In this document: piece after piece, positions 62,355-64,000 of the stretch
How positions within the stretch are numbered: position 1 is the stretch's first letter
How the letters are laid out: each line of letters opens with the position of its first letter
DNA from: Acidimicrobiia bacterium
GTDB taxonomy: Bacteria > Actinomycetota > Acidimicrobiia > IMCC26256 > PALSA-610
Assembly: GCA_038240075.1 (NCBI GenBank)
Contig: JBBSEC010000004.1
Location: 9,674-73,673 of the forward strand
Direction: 5' to 3'
Length of the DNA: 64,000 nt
Notes under the pieces: generated by a model
What the model saw: only the letters and a program-made list of their open reading frames with translations
Databases searched by the model: none
Told to the model about the DNA's origin: nothing
Position numbers and translations under genes: made by a program

Positions 62355-63554
62355 ATGGGTGTGATGGACGGCATCAAGGTCGTCGAGGTCGCGGAACACG
62401 GGTTCGTGCCGTCGGCCGCGGCCATCCTCGCCGATTGGGGCGCCGACGTCGTGAAGGTCGAGCGCGCGACGGGCGATCCGTTGCGGGCGATCATGGGTGC
62501 GGGGTTCGTCGCCGATACCGGCGACTTCAACTTCCTGTTCGAGCAGTTCAATCGCAACAAGCGCGGGGTCTCCCTCGATCTCCGCAGCGACGGTGGCCGC
62601 GCCGCGCTCGATCGGCTCATCGAGTGGGCCGACGTCTTCATCACGAACTTCCTGCCGTCCGCGCGTACGAAGTTGCGCATCGAGCCCGAAGACATCTGGG
62701 CCGTGAACCCACGAGCGGTCTACGCGCGCGGTCACGGCCAGGGTCAGCGCGGTCCCGACGCCGACCTCGGCGGCTTCGACTCCGTCTCCTACTGGTCGCG
62801 CGGCGGTATCGGCCACATGCTCACTCCGCCCCAGGGGCCGTTCATCATGCAGCGCGGCGCGATGGGTGACGCTCCTTCCGGTGCGTTCCTCGCGGGTGGG
62901 ATCGGTACCGCGCTGTTCCAACGCGAGCGCACGGGCAAGGGCGTGCTCGTCGACGTCGGATTGCTCGGCGCGGCGGTCTGGACACTCGCCGTCGATCTCG
63001 TACCGACGTCGATCCTCGGACGCGACCCCGACAAGTTCGGAACGACGGTGCTGTCGAGCCCGCTCGTCGGCCCGTACGCGACCGCCGATGCGCGCTGGAT
63101 CGTGCTCAACATGCTCGACGCCGATCGGCACTGGGATCCGGCGTGCCGCGCCCTCGGCCTCGAGCGTCTCATCGACGATCCCGACTACGCGACGACCGCG
63201 GCGCGCGCCGAGAACCGCGTTGCGCTGCGCGACATCTTCGTCGACACGATCAGGAAGCAGACACTGGCTGATCTGAAGGCCGCGTTGAGCGCGCACGACA
63301 CCGTCTACTCGGCACTGGCCGCGCCGACCGAGGTGATCGCCGACCCCCAGGTGGAGGCGAACGGCTACATGCCCGCGCACCCGCAGCACGAGCGGGCCCG
63401 GGTGGCCTCCGGGCCGGTGCAGTTCGACATGGAGACGACGGTGGTGCGCCGCGGGGCACCGAAGGTCGGCGAGCACACCGACGAGGTGCTCGCCGAGGTC
63501 GGATTCACACCGGCCGAGATCGAGATCTTGCGCGAGTCCCACGCGATCGCCTGA
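62355..63554 (+). CDS. CoA-transferase family III (CaiB/BaiF) protein
   Basis: ORF 399 aa. GIKVVEVAEHGFVPSAAAILADWGADVVKVE is a typical N-terminus. Confidence 0.9.
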   Translation: MGVMDGIKVVEVAEHGFVPSAAAILADWGADVVKVERATGDPLRAIMGAGFVADTGDFNFLFEQFNRNKRGVSLDLRSDGGRAALDRLIEWADVFITNFLPSARTKLRIEPEDIWAVNPRAVYARGHGQGQRGPDADLGGFDSVSYWSRGGIGHMLTPPQGPFIMQRGAMGDAPSGAFLAGGIGTALFQRERTGKGVLVDVGLLGAAVWTLAVDLVPTSILGRDPDKFGTTVLSSPLVGPYATADARWIVLNMLDADRHWDPACRALGLERLIDDPDYATTAARAENRVALRDIFVDTIRKQTLADLKAALSAHDTVYSALAAPTEVIADPQVEANGYMPAHPQHERARVASGPVQFDMETTVVRRGAPKVGEHTDEVLAEVGFTPAEIEILRESHAIA

Positions 63555-63603
63555 AAGCAAGCCTCGTGTCAACCGAACCGGCCGGTCGCCCGTTGACCTG
63601 AGG

Positions 63604-64000
63604 ATGGGAACATTGGGGGCCGACGGCAGGTCGCACGACGACGGCTTCGAGGAAGCGTTCGACGCGTTGTTCGCCGCGGCCCGCCGGATCGCGATGCGCC
63701 TGGTGGGCGACGGTGCCGAGGCCGACGACGTCGCCGCCGAGGCGCTCGCCCGTGCGTACGCGCGCTGGCCGAAGGTGCGTGACCTCGACTACCGCGACGC
63801 CTGGGTGATGCGGGTGACGGCGAACGTCGCCCTCGACGTGCTCCGCCGCGCGCGTCGTCCGCTGCCCCTGCCGGCGGTCTCCGATTTCGATCCCGCCGAC
63901 GCGGCGGTCACCCGCATTGCACTCGCGCAGGCACTGCGTCGCCTGCCCCGGCGACAACGCGACGTCGTGGTGCTGCGGTATCTCGCCGACCTCAGTGAAG
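63604..64000 (+). CDS. ECF-type RNA polymerase sigma-70 factor (3' end beyond window)
   Basis: Own translation from the ATG at 63604: MGTLGADGRSHDDGFEEAFDALFAAARRIAMRLVGDGAEADDVAAEALARAY (region 2) ... LPRRQRDVVVLRYLADLSE (region 4). Confidence 0.75.
   Translation, partial: MGTLGADGRSHDDGFEEAFDALFAAARRIAMRLVGDGAEADDVAAEALARAYARWPKVRDLDYRDAWVMRVTANVALDVLRRARRPLPLPAVSDFDPADAAVTRIALAQALRRLPRRQRDVVVLRYLADLSE

Noticed and set aside
61242-63572. 776-aa minus-strand ORF
   Set aside because: It is antisense to two clearly recognisable plus-strand genes (the phosphotransferase and the CoA-transferase). Composition is Arg/Gly/Asp-rich shadow.
1-64000. CRISPR arrays, rRNA genes, transposase/IS elements, reverse transcriptase/retron or DGR components
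   Set aside because: I looked for regularly spaced short repeats, IS-type terminal inverted repeats with a transposase, and RT motifs (YxDD), and found none. The only tandem or dispersed repeats are those reported above.

Overview
Very GC-rich actinobacterial chromosome segment, indicated by WhiB, a SARP/AfsR regulator, a SepX/GlpR-like protein and frequent GTG/TTG starts. Many long ORFs in the track are antisense or alternate-frame shadows; I chose frames by recognisable motifs, GC3 and start/stop coupling. The two flanks (1-16.9 kb and 39.6-64 kb) are ordinary metabolism and housekeeping: a GH4 hydrolase, oxidoreductases, a P450, moaA/moaC/moeA, galU, plsY, MTAP, TldD/PmbA, a TPP enzyme, LysR, WhiB, a CoA-transferase and an ECF sigma factor. 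The middle (16.9-39.6 kb) is accessory DNA attached to a tRNA-Ala(CGC) gene at 39544-39620. The 3' ~45 nt of that tRNA recurs as direct repeats at 33164-33206 (exact), 31056-31101 (1 mismatch) and 16922-16967 (39/46 identical). I read this as three serially accreted islands. (I) is a ~6.4 kb integrative element with an intact tyrosine integrase, an excisionase, a nucleotidyltransferase/wHTH pair, a DUF2293 protein, a small ClpX-type zinc-finger ORF, and internal repeat families. (II) is a ~2.1 kb remnant holding a GT39 glycosyltransferase and an integrase C-terminal fragment. (III) is a ~14 kb segment. Its core is a six-gene, translationally coupled minus-strand operon (17537-29746, about 4,060 aa) with a polytopic membrane protein gene directly upstream. 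The only domain I recognise in the operon is an M64-like zinc peptidase. This operon is my main candidate for an undescribed system. Other points of note are an SDR gene broken by two compensating frameshifts, a Tap-like hydrolase with a possibly decayed C-terminus, phased repeats next to the SARP gene, and a long structured leader upstream of moaA. No database searches, GC statistics or RNA folding were run; everything comes from reading and hand translation.
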